Both the position numbers and the translations under genes were made by a program. DNA of 64,000 nt. Origin: the human T2T-CHM13v2.0 reference genome, Homo sapiens. The DNA lies in NCBI RefSeq assembly GCF_009914755.1, contig NC_060947.1; one strand, written 5' to 3'. This document shows, piece by piece, positions 20,591 to 36,039 of this stretch; the stretch's first letter is position 1; every line of letters starts with the position of its first letter. Below the pieces are notes generated by a model. The model worked only from the letters and a program-made list of their open reading frames with translations, ran no database searches and had not been told where the DNA came from.

Positions 20591-21699
20591 AGTCAAGACC
20601 ATTCCTATTTTGCTATTTGCATACTCAAAACATTCACTGGGAAGAAGAGTTATTCCCAAAGTGCTGGGATAACAGCACAAGTTCTATGATTGCATGTAAT
20701 TTTTCAAGCCAACACTCATCACACAACCAAAGCCACAAACTAGAAAAAGGAAAGTGACCAGTCTGTTCAAAGGCACAGATATGAGAAACATTAAGAATGA
20801 ACAACTGCATTGTTTATCCCCGAATATATTAATGCCATGATCCTATGAGGGTACACATTTTACTAGGCAGTGTTTGTACCTTTTCCTAGCAAAAGGTACT
20901 ATGCAAAAAGAGAAGCTATGGAGGAATAAAGAGAAGATTAGTAAGTTCTTCTTCTGACCTGACAAGAACATCTCTTATCATTAAGCTTCAGAGGTTCTGG
21001 CTTTATGTCCTCTCCAACATTCCTCTCCTTCCCTTATCTCCCACCAAACTGTAGCCTGTCATAAAAATGTGATTGGCTTATTAAACGAAAAACAACACAC
21101 TTTGTATGTAGCATTGGTTCAAAAAAAAAAACATTTTTCACCATGTTGACTGTTCTCTTAACTAGTTCCCTTGCATTTTCACTCTGGTCCTCCTGTCTGC
21201 CCCTTCATCCTTATTTCAGTAAGTAGAAATGGGGCCATACCCACATGGCCAAGGCATCTTACCCTTTTATTTGCATTCTGAACCCTGCGTGACTAAGTAG
21301 ACTTGCAGTTTCACCAACCATCTGATCACTAACCAGTTGCAATTGATACTGAACACATCCCTGTTACTGGGTGTGTATTCCTCATTCACTAGGTACAAAT
21401 AATCATTCATGTGTCAAAGTCAAAATATTGAGCAATAAGGTATCCATGACTTGGAAATTCCTGAAGCTTCTCTGAGGCAATGCTTCCAGCACCAGCCTGT
21501 TGGTCTCTCACCTCTTCTCCCTATACACTGGAGTCCTTGTCTTTATACTTCCAGTCCCTAGGAGGCTATTAGAAGAGATAAAAAAAGTTCATACCCATTC
21601 ACTCATAGAGTTATCCCATACTAGCACCACAATCACTGAGGCAAAATGGAGGACACACCCTTCTCCAGCACTCTCTAGCTCAGCAGTTACGGGATGTCT

Positions 21700-22170
21700 C
21701 ATCCCCTTTAAGGATGTTCTTTCCTGTTTTCTGGGCCACAGTGTCCTCATCTGTAAAACTGAGTATCAATAGCACTTATCTTATAGAAATATTTGATAAT
21801 TAACAGAAACTTTAAATAATATTGATACTCAATTTAACCAGCTCCCTATACAAAAATGATGCAGGAGTAAAAAGAGGGTCATTGGCACATATTAGTAGCC
21901 ACTTACACCCTGGCGTGGATCATTCAACCCAGGCCATCTGGCTTCAGAGACTAGGCTCTTAAACGCTGTACACTGTTTCTCATGAATTAATTCATTCAAC
22001 AAAAAATGAGCACCCACTATGTGCCAGACATAGTTCTAGGTGCTGGGAACCTAATAGAGAATAAAGCAAATTCCCTGCTTTCACAGAGCTTCCATTCTAG
22101 TGGAGGAGATAGGCAAGAACCTAACAAATACTGTAAAGAAAACTGAAGTAGGAAAGGGCATAGAGGGTGA
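21700..22170. mobile_element. MIR and L2 fragments
   Basis: MIR core CAGTGTCCTCATCTGTAAAA; L2 end ATTCATTCAACAAA...GAGCACCCACTATGTGCCAG. Confidence 0.65.
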
Positions 22171-22349
22171 CAAGGTTTTTCAGATTTATGCAACATTTCA
22201 AAATCCTTTTGAATTTACTCATTATTCCAGACACAACTTTCGTGACTAGTCCATACAGGGTTCAACCAGCTTCAAGTAGGCTCAATGTGACACTGTCTTG
22301 CCACAGGTGCACACTGAGGCTCTTGCCTCCTGCCCCCAGACTTCTCTGA

Positions 22350-22450
22350 TTTCTGCTACTGATGTCTTCAAATACTTAATTATTTTTGAACAAAGGGTCC
22401 TTCATTTTCATTTTGCACTGTGCCCCACAATTTATGTAGCTGCTCCTGCA
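22350..22450. mobile_element. Short DNA-transposon fossil (MER53-like)
   Basis: TTTTTGAACAAAGGG...CATTTTCATTTTGCACTG...TTATGTAGC. Confidence 0.5.
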
Positions 22451-22489
22451 TCAGAGATGGTGAGCTGATGGAGAAAAGCTTCCCTCTTT

Positions 22490-22989
<500 letters not shown>

Positions 22990-23029
22990 TGACCTGCACA
23001 AAAGTTGTTACCAACTCTTAAGCAGAGAC

Positions 23030-23830
23030 CTTTAGATGGTGGATGATTTCTGTAGACATCTAGAGGAAGATAATTGCAGGCAGTGGGAATACTAAGTGCA
23101 AAGCCCTTAAGGTACAAGCATATCTGGTATGTTTGAGGAGTAGTGAAGAAGTCACTGTGGCTGGAGTGCAGTGACAAATAATAGGTGAGAGTAATAAGAG
23201 ATGAAGTCAGTGAGGTCATGGATGGGCTTATAGCTCACCATAAGAATAGTGGCTTTACTCTGACAGAAATGGAAATCTGTTGGAGGATACAAACAGAAAA
23301 GTGATATGATCGAACTTAAGCTTCAAAAGGGTCATCTGGCTGCTGTGTTGATTGTAAAAGACAAGCATAGGAGCAAAGAGAACATTTAGAACACTATTGA
23401 AATAGTCCAGGCAAGAGAGAAGACAGTGGCTTGAATCAGAGTGGTAGCAGTAGAGGTGGTAAGAAGAGATCAGATTCTGAATGTATTTTGAAGTAGTGCC
23501 AAAAGATTTGCTGATAAATTGGATGAAGGCTGTAAGAGAAAAAGGGGAGATGAAGATGTCTACAAGGTCCTAGGCCTGAGCAATTAAAAGGATGAAATTG
23601 CCCATTAACTGAAATACAGAAGATTGCAAGAGAATGAAGTTTTCTGGGAGGATCAAGAGTTTGGACTTTAGATACAATAAATTTTAGATGCCTAGTAAGC
23701 AACAAAGTGGAGATGTCAAATAGGAGCATGACTACATAAGTTTGAAGCTCAGGAAAAGACATGGCTTAGAGACATAACAGAAAGCAGGTCCCTGAGAGAA
23801 TGGAAGACATGACAGTGGCGATGGTCCAGA
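23030..23830 (-). mobile_element. L2 fragment
   Basis: Purine-rich antisense L2 3' region (AGATTCTGAATGTATTTTGAAG, AATAGTCCAGGCAAGAGA). Confidence 0.75.
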
Positions 23831-25173
23831 TAGAAAACAGGATAATCTGGAGAACAGACAAGAGTGTCCAGAGGAGAGCAATAGGATTCATGGTTCCAGG
23901 TAAATCTCTCTCTATTTTCCTTCTTTCCCTTGCCCCCCAAAAAATGACTAATGAGTAAATTAAAGTAGCCAGCTAAAGAAAGAGGGGTCCGTACCACAGA
24001 GGTAGCCATTCACTCTGTATACACTTGCAGTTGACCTTATAAAAGGTCACATCTGGTATCTGAGACTCTCTGATATGAGGATAGCCAATTATGGCAGGCC
24101 TATGTAAATAAGACAAATCAGCTTTCTTGGAAAGAGCACAGAACTGCAAGATATGTGCACTGGGCTACTGCAACCCATAGATGAGCTATTACCCACGAGC
24201 AGCATCCATTTTTGCCCACTGACCTTGATACTTCTTCACAACCCCACCCCACCCCCCACCCCGCAACAAGAAAATCTACTGACAAAGCATTGAAGATTGT
24301 ACCAAATACTGCACAGGAGAGATGGAGAAAATACATTTCCATCACGAACAACTTCATCAATCCCCATTTGACATATTTCCAATTCTCAATTTCTCTCTCC
24401 AACCATCCCACCAATGAGATATTTTTTCCTTCACCCACCTCTGCCTAGCCTCACTAAACTTCCCTAATTCTGGCCCTCTCATTCCTGCTCCAACTTAACT
24501 CCAGCTTCTCCAAACTTGTAACTCAGTTCATTTTGAGAACAAAGAACCATGAAAAGAAAAAAAGATCATCTGGTTATCATGATCCCTTGGGTGTATGATA
24601 TAGGGGGAAAGCAGGGAGAACACTTTCTTTTTTGCACTAAGGACTGATGGCATGTCAAAAAATACAGTCTCTAATGTCCAGTATCCAACTGATATGTAAA
24701 TGAATCATTGTAACTCAGTGCCATAAGTGGTATGATAGAAGTAAGCATAAGTACTATGAGACCATAAAGGAGGGTCACCTAATCCAGATTGAAGGGATAG
24801 TAGCCAGGGAAGTTATTTCAATTTTTTCTGAGCACCTACTACCTGCCAAACTCTGTACCAAACACTAGTGGTATGGAACTAAATCCTACACAGCCTCTGC
24901 CTCCAAAAAAGGCATTACTATTTGATGCCCTTGCTTTTCTGGTGCCCTAGGCAGGTTCTTAATCTGCCTATTGGATGACTGTCTTCTGCCTCCTGAGGCT
25001 GTCCTCTATCTCTGAGCTCAGTTTCTCCATCTTTCCACTGGAGGAATCTGACCAGAGTTTGGCAGAAGCAGGATCACAACCTGGGGTTTTGGTTCTTACT
25101 ATATGGGACTTAGAATGTCTTAGAAGCTGGGAACTGTTGTTTCAAACACTTTGTTCTCATTGCTAATTTATCA

Positions 25174-25555
<382 letters not shown>

Positions 25556-26391
25556 AATTCCGGAGTTGATTTCCCTATTTATTTTTTCCTGCCCCAGTCT
25601 CTACAGTCATTGCTGAGACCAAAGAAGTCTTTCTTCATTGCATTTCCTTGGAACCACAGTGACATTCAGTGGCCACAGGAGGTTGAAAAGAAGTGTCAGA
25701 GAAAGCACTTGTCTTTATGCTACAAGATGGAGTAAGGTGACTTTCCCAGCAATTTTCTTATTTGAACTGCCACGATCTGACCAGCTCCTGTTGTTGCTGA
25801 TGAAAATTTAGCATAGGGCTAATAAGCTACAGGCTGGACCCAGCAAAAGACAACTGCCTAACACAGACTATTTGTCTTGACTCAGTTGCCTTTATAGACA
25901 AAAGAATAAACCAAAAAAAAATTTAATAGCAATTTTTCATTTTGCTTCCTAGATAATGCTTTCTTAATACAAAGAATTAGGAATAAAAATCTGAAAAACA
26001 CAAAATGTTAAAATCATCCAACTTCACCACCCAGAAATAACCCTCATTAATATGTTTATTTCCTTCCTGTCTCTCTCTGAATAATAAACTGTTTATTACT
26101 CAACACACAGTGATTTGTTGCCTGCTTTTTGCACTTAGTGATACACCATGAACAGTTTCTTATGTTATTCTTTTATATCATTATTTTAAATAGTCAAATA
26201 GTATCCCAACATATGGATGAACTGTAATTCACTTATGGATATATCATAATTAGTTAACCAAGTCCATATTAAGACATTCAGATGGTTTTTAAATTTTCAA
26301 CACTATAAAATAATATTATAGGAGTTTCCATATATATATATAACATATCTGATTATTTCCTTAGGATCAATTCCTGCAATTGTAACAACTA

Positions 26392-26943
<552 letters not shown>

Positions 26944-27734
26944 AAGACTTTTGGAATATTATCCTTCAGAAATATTATTATACTAATTTATTCCCCCAAC
27001 ATATAAATGTTAACATATGTATATAATTTTCATATACTTGAAAGTCTTTATTTCCTCATACCCAGGTCAACACTGTGTATTATCATTACTTTTATTCTTT
27101 ATCAATGATAGGCAAAAAATAGAAACATTTTTAAATGGCATGATGTTGTGTAATCATTTTTTTTATTATCAGTGAATCTGAACTGCTTCCATTTTTTCCA
27201 TTGGCTATTTGTATTTGATCCTTTGTAAATTGCCTGTCCTCAACTTTTGCTCATTTTTTTTCTATTGGAATGTTTACCTTTATTCTTTATTGATTTGTAA
27301 AAATTATTCATTCCTTTGTCATATTATACACATGTTGTCAACATGTGACTGTCATTCTAGTTCTTTGATTACAAGTATGTTCCACCACACCAACTAGTTT
27401 TTGTATTTTTAGTAGAGACAGTGTGTCCTTGCAGGAAGAGCATTGTAAAATGTGGCACCAAGGACAGAAACCATAAAAGAAAATATAGATTTAAATATAT
27501 TAAAAGAATGCAATCATATCATTCACAGCAACATGGATGGACCCGCATCCTAAGTGAAATCACTCAGAAACAGAAAATCAAATACCATATGCTCTCATTT
27601 ATAAATGGGAGCCAAACAATGGGTACACATGGAATAGAGGGGTGGAGCAATATGGCGGAATAGAAGGCTCTACTGACCATCTCACCTGCAAGGACACCAA
27701 GTTAACAACTATCTACACAGAAGAAACACCTTCA

Positions 27735-28270
<536 letters not shown>

Positions 28271-28382
28271 TCACCTTAAACACCTTGATAAAAACCAAAA
28301 ATCAGGTGAGCACTCACAGTACCTGGTTTTAACTTCATATCACTGAAAGAGGCACTGAAGAGATGGAAAAAAAAAAAAAAAA

Positions 28383-30583
28383 CAGCAGCAATCCCATCAT
28401 CAAATGGAAGTGGTATATATGTGATCAGGCTCAAGCAGGTCCTGAAAGCACAAGTAAGTTACATGAGGAAGAGGAAGTGGCTCAAATGCCCATGGTCTCC
28501 ACTCTTGCCACACTGCCTTCTCTTCCCTAGCCTGCACTGATGGAATCATGGGGAGTTCCCTATGATCAGTTGACAGAGAAAGAGAAGACTAGGGCCTGGT
28601 TCACAGATGTTTCTGCATGATATGCAGGCACCACCCAAAAGTGGATAGCTACAGCACGACATCCCTGAAGGACAGCAATGAAGGGAAATCTCCCGAGTGG
28701 GCAGAACTTTGAGCAGTGCACCTGGTTATGCACTTTGCACTTTGCATGGAAGGAGAAATGGCCAAATGTGCAATTTTATACTGATTTATGGGCGGTAGCC
28801 AATGGTTTGGCTGGATGGTCTAGGACTTGGAAAAAGCATAACTGGAAAATTGGTGACAAAGAAATTTGGGGAAGAGGTCTGTGGATGGACCTCTCTGAGT
28901 GGTCAAAAACTGTGAAGATATTTGTATCCCATATGAATGTTCACCAACGGGTGACTTCAGCAGAGGAGGATTTTAATAATCAAGTGGATAGGATGACCCA
29001 TTCTGTGGACACCACTCAGCCTCTTTCCCCAGCCACCCCTGTCATTGCCTAATGGGCCCATGAACAAAGTGGCCATGGTGACAGGGATGGAGGTTACGCA
29101 TGGGGTCAGCAACATGGACTTCCACTCACCAAGGATGACCTGGCTACAGCCACTGCTGAGTGCCCAATTTGCCAGCAGCAGAGACCAACACTGAGCCCTC
29201 GATATGGCACCATTCCTCAGGGTGATCAGCCAGCTACCTGGTGGCAGGTTGATTTATTGGACCTCTTCCATCATGGAAAGGGCAGAGGTTTGTCCTCACT
29301 GGAATAGACACTTACTCCACATATGGGTTTGCCTATCCTGTACGCAATGCTTCTGCCAAGACTACCATCCGTGGACTCACAGAATGCCTTATCCACCATC
29401 ATGGTATTCCACACAGCATTGCCTCTGACCAAGGCACTCACTTTATGACTAAAGAAGTGCAGCAGTGGGCTCATGCTCATGGAATTCATTGGTCTTACCA
29501 TGTTCTCCATCATCCTGAAGCAGCTGGATTGATAGAATGGTGGAATGGCCTTTCAAAGTCACTATTACAATGCCAACGAGGTGACAATACTTTGCAGGGA
29601 TGGGGCAAAGTTCTCCAGAAGGTTGTGTATGCTCTGAATCAGCGTCCAGTATATGGTACTGTTTCTCCCATAGCCAGGATTCATGGGTCCAGGAATCAAG
29701 TGGTAGAAGTGGCACCACTCAAAATCACCCCTAGTGATCCACTAGCAAAATGTTTGCTTCCTTTTCCCAAGGCATTACATTCTGCTTGCCTAGAGGTCTT
29801 AGTTCCAGAGGGAGGAACGCTGCCACCCGGAGACACAACAACAATTCCATTAAACTGGAAGTTAAGATTGCCACCCAGACACTTTGGGCTCCTCCTACCT
29901 TTAAGTCAAAAGGCTAAGAAGGGGGCTACAGTGTTGGCTGGGGTGATTGACCCGGACTATCAAGATGAAATCAGCCTACTACTCCATATAGGAGGTAAGG
30001 AAGAGTATGCATGGAATACAGGAGATCCATTAGGGCGTCTCTTAGTATTTCCATGCCATGTGATTAAGGTCAATGGGAAACTTCAACAGCCCAATCCAGG
30101 CAAGACTGCAAATGACCCAGACCCTTCAGGAATGAAGGTTTGAGTCACTCCACCAGGAAAAAAAAATCCACGACCTGCTGAGGTGCTTGCTGAAGGCAAG
30201 GGAAATACAGAATGAGTAGTAGAAGAAGGTAATCATCAATACCAGCAACGACTACGTGACCAGCTGCAGAAATGAGGACTATAATTGTATTTCTTCCTTC
30301 TTTTGTTAAAAACATGTTTGTGCATGTATACACTTGTACTAAGAAAATACCTTCATTTTATTTCCTTTCTCCTTTATCATGTGACATAAGATTTATCAAC
30401 TTCACATCAGCATTTAAGTATTGTTAACTTTATGTAATAGTATTTGGGTTGGGGATTGGTGCATTTCTGGTTGTATGAAGGATAGTTGTATTATGTTAGG
30501 CATAATTATGACCTTATTATTGTCTTTATTTGAAAATTAGGTATGATCTCAGGAGATGTATATGGGTTCAAGTTGACAAGGGG
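28383..30583 (+). mobile_element. HERV-L internal region: RNase H, integrase, dUTPase and PPT; 5' part missing
   Basis: ORF 28678..29052 is RNase H (YTDLWAVANGLAGW...FNNQVD). ORF 29445..30143 is integrase C-terminus plus dUTPase (GVIDPDY). Stops and frameshifts present; PPT GTTGACAAGGGGTGG. Confidence 0.93.
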
Positions 30584-31387
30584 TGGTTAATACTGAGTGT
30601 CAACTTGATTGGACTGAAGGATACAAAGTATTGATCCTGGGTGCATCTGTGAGGGTGTTGCCAAAGAAGATTAATATTTGAGCCAGTGGGCTGGGAAAGG
30701 CAGACCCACCCTTAATCTGGGTGGGCACAATCTAATCAGCTGCCAGCACAGCCAGAATATAAGCAGGCAGAAAAATGTGAAAAGAGAGACTGGCCTAGCC
30801 TCCCAGCCTACATCTTTCTCCCATGCTGGATGCTTCTTGCCCTCGAACATCAGACTCCAAGTTCTTCGGTTTTGGAACTTGGACTGGCTCTCCTTGCTCC
30901 TCAGCCTGAAGATGGCCTATTGTGGGACCTTGTGATCGTGTGAGTTAATACTTAATAAACTCATATATATATATATATACATATAAATATGAGTTTATAT
31001 ATATAAATATATATAAATATGAGTTTATATATATAAATATATATAAATATGAGTTTATATATATAAATATATATAAATATGAGTTTATATATATAAATAT
31101 ATATAAATATGAGTTTATATATATAAATATATATAAATATATATAAATATGAGTTTATATATATAAATATATATAAATATATATAAATATGAGTTTATAT
31201 ATAAATATATATAAATATGAGTTTATATATATAAATATATATAAATATGAGTTTATATATATAAATATATATAAATATGAGTTTATATATAAATATGAGT
31301 TTATATATATAAATATATAAATATATATATAAATATATATATATATTCCATTAGCTCTGTCCCTCTAAGAGAACCCTGACTAACACA
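30584..31387 (+). mobile_element. MLT2A (HERV-L 3' LTR) containing an AT-rich minisatellite
   Basis: TGGTTAATACTGAGTGTCAACTTGATTGG start and GAGAACCCTGACTAACACA end. Confidence 0.92.
30963..31346. repeat. AT-rich minisatellite, unit of about 30 bp ATATATAAATATGAGTTTATATATATAAAT, 11 GAGTTT cores
   Basis: Counted directly; unit length varies by short AT modules. Confidence 0.95.
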
Positions 31388-31461
31388 CTAATGAAGTCCA
31401 CAGCTCCTATCAAGAGGCATTTTCCAGATAGCTGTGCTCCTCATATTCTGGTAACCACTCA

Positions 31462-31530
31462 TATTAGGTTGGTGCAAAAGTAATTGCGGTTTTTGTCATT
31501 AAAAGTAATGGCTTCTAATGACAAAAGTAG
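31462..31530. mobile_element. MADE1 MITE, degenerate right end
   Basis: TATTAGGTTGGTGCAAAAGTAATTGCGGTTTTTG. Confidence 0.88.
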
Positions 31531-32352
31531 CTTCCTCTACTTGCCCATTTGGACAAGTAGATGCAACAACTTCTCCACTGCTGCTAGCCCTAAAGTCCTT
31601 GTACTATCCTTTGCTGATTCCTCTAAACATTCCCATACCTTTATTAAACTCTTCTCAACCTACTCAGATTGTGCCAACTATTTCTAGCTGGAATCTTTAC
31701 TGATACATACACATTTAGATGGACATTATATCTTTAAAGATTCGGGCTTGCACTGTGGCCCTGCTAGAGATAATGATTCTAAACCCAGGTACAACAATGT
31801 CTTCCCCCTCTCTCCCTTAAATGCACTAACAGTGTTATCTCAAACCCCAAAGTATACCAAAGTCTTCTAAAAAAGAAACTAAAAATAAAAACAAAATCAA
31901 GAAGCAAGTATGAAAGAGTTTTCAAAAAGTTTTAAGCAGGGTCCAAAAATTTTTCATCAGAAAAAATACACAGTATTGCAGAGTTAACAAAAAGCAATAT
32001 TTTTTAGTTAATCCCTACTATCTCAAAAAGCACAAGGGTAAAGATCTGTTCACTTGCTGTACCCAGGAGATCTTACACCTAACTGAGAAAGTCACAGATG
32101 ATCACAACATAGTCATTCCTAACCCTATTTCTCCCCTACCCATTCTACTACTGCAGAAAATAAAAGACCTTAGCCTGCTCCTATTTTAGAACTGCAGATG
32201 GATAAAGAACAGACACAAAATGAAAAATGTATTTTTTCAGAATTAGCATCATCATGAGGTTTTACCGTACTTTCAAATTCAGATGATACCAGGTGGCAGG
32301 TCCAGTACAAGGGGGATCTTGAGAACCTTCACTGACAAATATGGTAGGGCAA

Positions 32353-33073
32353 TGTCTTGGTTTGGGCTGGACTTTGGTTTGAATGTGTCCCCTAAAGTTC
32401 ATGTGTTAGAAACTTAATCCCCAATACAACAGTGTTGGGAGATGGGGCCTAATAAGTGGGCAGAGCCCTCATGAATGTCAATATCACAGGAATGGGTTAG
32501 TTATTGCAAGAGTGGGCTTATTATAAAAGCAAGTTCAGCCCCCTCTTACTCTCTTGCCCTTCTGACTTCCACCATGGGATGATGTAGCATGAAGGCCCTC
32601 ACCAGATGCAGACCCTTAAGCTTGGACTTCCCAGCCTTTAGAACTGTGAGAAATATTTTTTTTATTTATAAATTACCCAGCTTGTGGTATTCCGATAGAG
32701 CTACACTAAACAGACTAAGAGAGGATGTGATAACAAAATACCATAGACTGAGTGGCTCAAACAACAAACATTTATTTTTCATACTCTGGAAGCTGGGGGG
32801 GTCCAAGATCAAGGCACTGGCAGATCCAGTGTCTGGTAAAGGCCTACTTCCTGCTTTGCAGATGGCTGTCTTTTCATTATATCCTCACATAGTGAAAAGA
32901 GAGTTAGCTACCTCTTCTTAAACGACTCTTCTTAAAAGGGCACAAATCTCATTCATGAGGGCTCCACCCTCATGACCTAATCACCTCCCAAAGGTTCCAC
33001 CTCCAAATACTATCACATTGGGATTAGATTTTCAACAGATGAGTTTGAGGGGACAAACATTCAGTCCATTGCA
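32353..33073. mobile_element. Nested MaLR LTRs: MST-like (+, about 32379-32721) inside MLT1A/MST-like (-)
   Basis: TGGTTTGAATGTGTCCCC...CAGACTAAGA; host ATAACAAAATACCATAGACTG...ATTCAGTCCATTGCA. Confidence 0.8.
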
Positions 33074-33077
33074 GACA

Positions 33078-33618
33078 GTGTTATGGATACTGTGGACTGG
33101 TTCACTCAACCTTCATTCCCATTTCCTTCTAGTGCACCTTCTGTGCTGCAAAGACTAGAAAACTGAAAATTGCATTTCACGGACTCTTTTACAGCTAAAA
33201 TGCTCAATGTAAAATGGCTTGTATTAATTAGGTACATTTTTGTGAGACTTGGAAAGCAGAAATCATGCCAAGGCCACTTTCTCTCCCCTTTTAGACTCTC
33301 TTACCCTGGCAATTGAGGTCATGTAGACATGGGAATGTTCTGCAGCTGTGTGCCAGCAACTAGTCTCCAGCTTCCTGGGTGTCAGCTGTGGTGCTATGCT
33401 CTTGAATTCAAGCATTCCAGTGGTGGTCTCAGAAGTAGTAGCCAATTGGTGGATCAGTTCTATAAGATTCTAGGAGCCATTTCTTCAGGCCCAGCCTAGA
33501 GCCTACTCTTCCAATCCTTCCAAAGATTTTTTAAACTATCTAATTTCCTTATTAAATTCCTTTTTACTTAAAGTACTTAAAGTGATCTCTGTTTCTTACA
33601 CTGAATCCTGACAGGTAT
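33078..33618 (+). mobile_element. Ancient ERVL LTR (LTR16/LTR33-like)
   Basis: 3' end ATTAAATTCCTTTTTACTTAAA...TCTGTTTCTTACACTGAATCCTGAC. Confidence 0.5.
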
Positions 33619-34041
33619 AGGCAGCCAAATTCAGGGTCTACAATTTTTTACCAATTCCCCTCAAGATCTGAGTCTGGAAAAATATGGCTTATAGACAGGG
33701 GCCTTTTAGATAACAGCTGGTTAACAGACAGGAAAAATTTTTTATCCATCATCAGACTGAGTCACAGATACCGGCATCCTTCCCTTGGTTGATGCCAATA
33801 CTAAATGTAAATACATGGGTAGTGGAAGGAGCAGAGACGAAGAGAGCTGTGAAGGTAGCACTAAGTGCCTACTATGTGTTAGATACTGACCTAGACATTT
33901 TCACACATACTCATTTAATTCTTAACAGTTCTGGAAGTTAAATACAGTTATCCCCAATTAATCCAACCCTTCACATACACATTTCTGGGTTTAGTGTGTT
34001 CATTACCCTTGGGTTTATTTCGCTGTTAAAATAAAACACCT

Positions 34042-34385
34042 AGCTGGGCACAGTGGCTCACACCTGTAATTCCAGCACTTTGGGAGGCCGAGGTGGGTGG
34101 ATCACCTGAGGTCAGGAGTTCGAGACCAGCCTGGCCAATCAACATGGTGAGACTCCATCTGTACTAAAAATTTAAAAAAATTAGCCTGATGTGGTGGCGC
34201 CCACCTGTAATTCCAGCTACTCAGAAGGCTGAGACGGGAGAATCGCTTGAACCCAGGAGGTAGAGGTTGCAGTGAGCCCAGATTGTGCCACTGCACTCCA
34301 ATCTGGGTGACAGAGTAAGACTCCTTCTCATAAATAAATAAAATAAAATAAAATAAAATAAAATAAAAATAATTTTTAAAAAAAT
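34042..34385 (+). mobile_element. AluS with a (TAAAA)n tail
   Basis: Full dimer consensus. Confidence 0.93.
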
Positions 34386-36039
34386 ACCTTATCTAGCATG
34401 GGGATTCAGATGGTGGGTAGGTCTAGATTCTAAGCCACTCTGTGAGGACCTCAGTTGTAGAAGTTTGCAACTTTCTATCAGGTGCTCTGCAGGTAACATA
34501 ACTTGGTTTCAGTCTTTGTGTCTACTTATTTCTGCCTTGCTACCAACTTATAAATTTCCTTTGTGTCATGAGTCAAATGTCCTGGGGAAATAAACTGTAC
34601 TTGTTCATCTTAAGGCTGGGTCACAGGAGTCAGCTGCCAGCATTTGCATGGGCAACATCCCTCAAAGACAGGCACCTATCCCTCGTGCAATTAGCTGTGA
34701 CTGAGAGGAGAAGTTCCACATCCTGGTGACTACTCAGCAAAAGGATGGATAGGGAAGACTAGATTTTGGCATCTCTTGAAAAATCAGACTATTTGGAAAC
34801 AATGACCCTATATTTCCACAGGCAACAGGGGGAAGGAACTCCCTTAATATTGTAATGTGAAGCTTATCACTTATTTATGTTAATTACCTGGCTTTTTTAG
34901 AGATTTGAGTTTGAGAACTCCTAAATTCCTTCCAGCTTTAATCTTCAAGATTCTGTATTCTTCTGGATTCCTTTACACTGAAAGCATTGCAGATTGACGT
35001 GGGCCTCATTGAACAAATAATTTGGAAATGAGCCAGAAGTGCATTTTATTTATCCACCAATTTGATTTTATAAATAGGAACTCTACATTTCCATACTATA
35101 AAGCCATTTATTCTCCTCTACTAGAATTGCTATAATTCTCAATATGCCATGTATTATCATCATCCTGTCAAAATGAAAATCTCACAGAGAGCCTGTGAAG
35201 GTCTTATCAAATCAAGTGGAAGTGATTAAGGACAGTAGAAAAAAATATAACAATTATATATACACTATTAAATAATGCAAAGGATGAGGATTCAACTAGT
35301 CTCAGATTTTTAGAAGGTTTGCGATTAGATATTTTGTTGACTCAATAGCAAATTATTAATTCATTAAATGATTAAGCAATTTATCAAAACTGTGAATGAC
35401 AAAGCAATCAGAGACTGGGATAATCAGACTCCAAGTCTGTTCTTTGTGTAAAATTCAAATGCACCCAGCACAATACAATTTTGTACTTAATGCCATTCAT
35501 CTAATCAGCATATTTCTGCTCCAATGTGAGATCTTTGTTTGAACATGATATGCAACAGATATGGAAACCACAAAAATTTCATTTATATAATCATAACAAG
35601 CACGTTATCATGGTTGTCAAAATTAATGAAACCTAATTCGCTATATTTTCTAAACTTAAAATTGACACAAAACATTTTTGTGAAAGGCAAAAATGCTAAA
35701 GAATCACAGAAATAAGTATAAAAGTGAATCTTTTTAAATGCCTACATCTTGTTTAGGTTAGAGAGCTAACTAATATTGATTATGACAGGTTAGATCCCCT
35801 ACATTTTAAACGATCAATTGAATACGAACATTCACTCTGTGAACATCTTAACCTTTGGCTTCTTTTAAGTAATAATGAGCCCCCCTAGTGCAATTACAAT
35901 AAAAGTCAACTTGTGAAACTTCCATTAACACACTACTTCTCAGGAAAACATGCTTTTCTAAGACAAGGGACGCCTTTATTTCAGATTACGCGGTCATCTT
36001 GATCATCCTCCAGTTAGAGCAAGAGTTCTGCCTATAAAA

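Noticed and set aside
30963-31346. Regularly spaced repeats resembling a CRISPR array
   Set aside because: Tandem units without unique spacers, eukaryotic context and no cas genes.
32286-32300. CCAGGTGGCAG CTCF-like core
   Set aside because: Partial match only, expected by chance in 64 kb.
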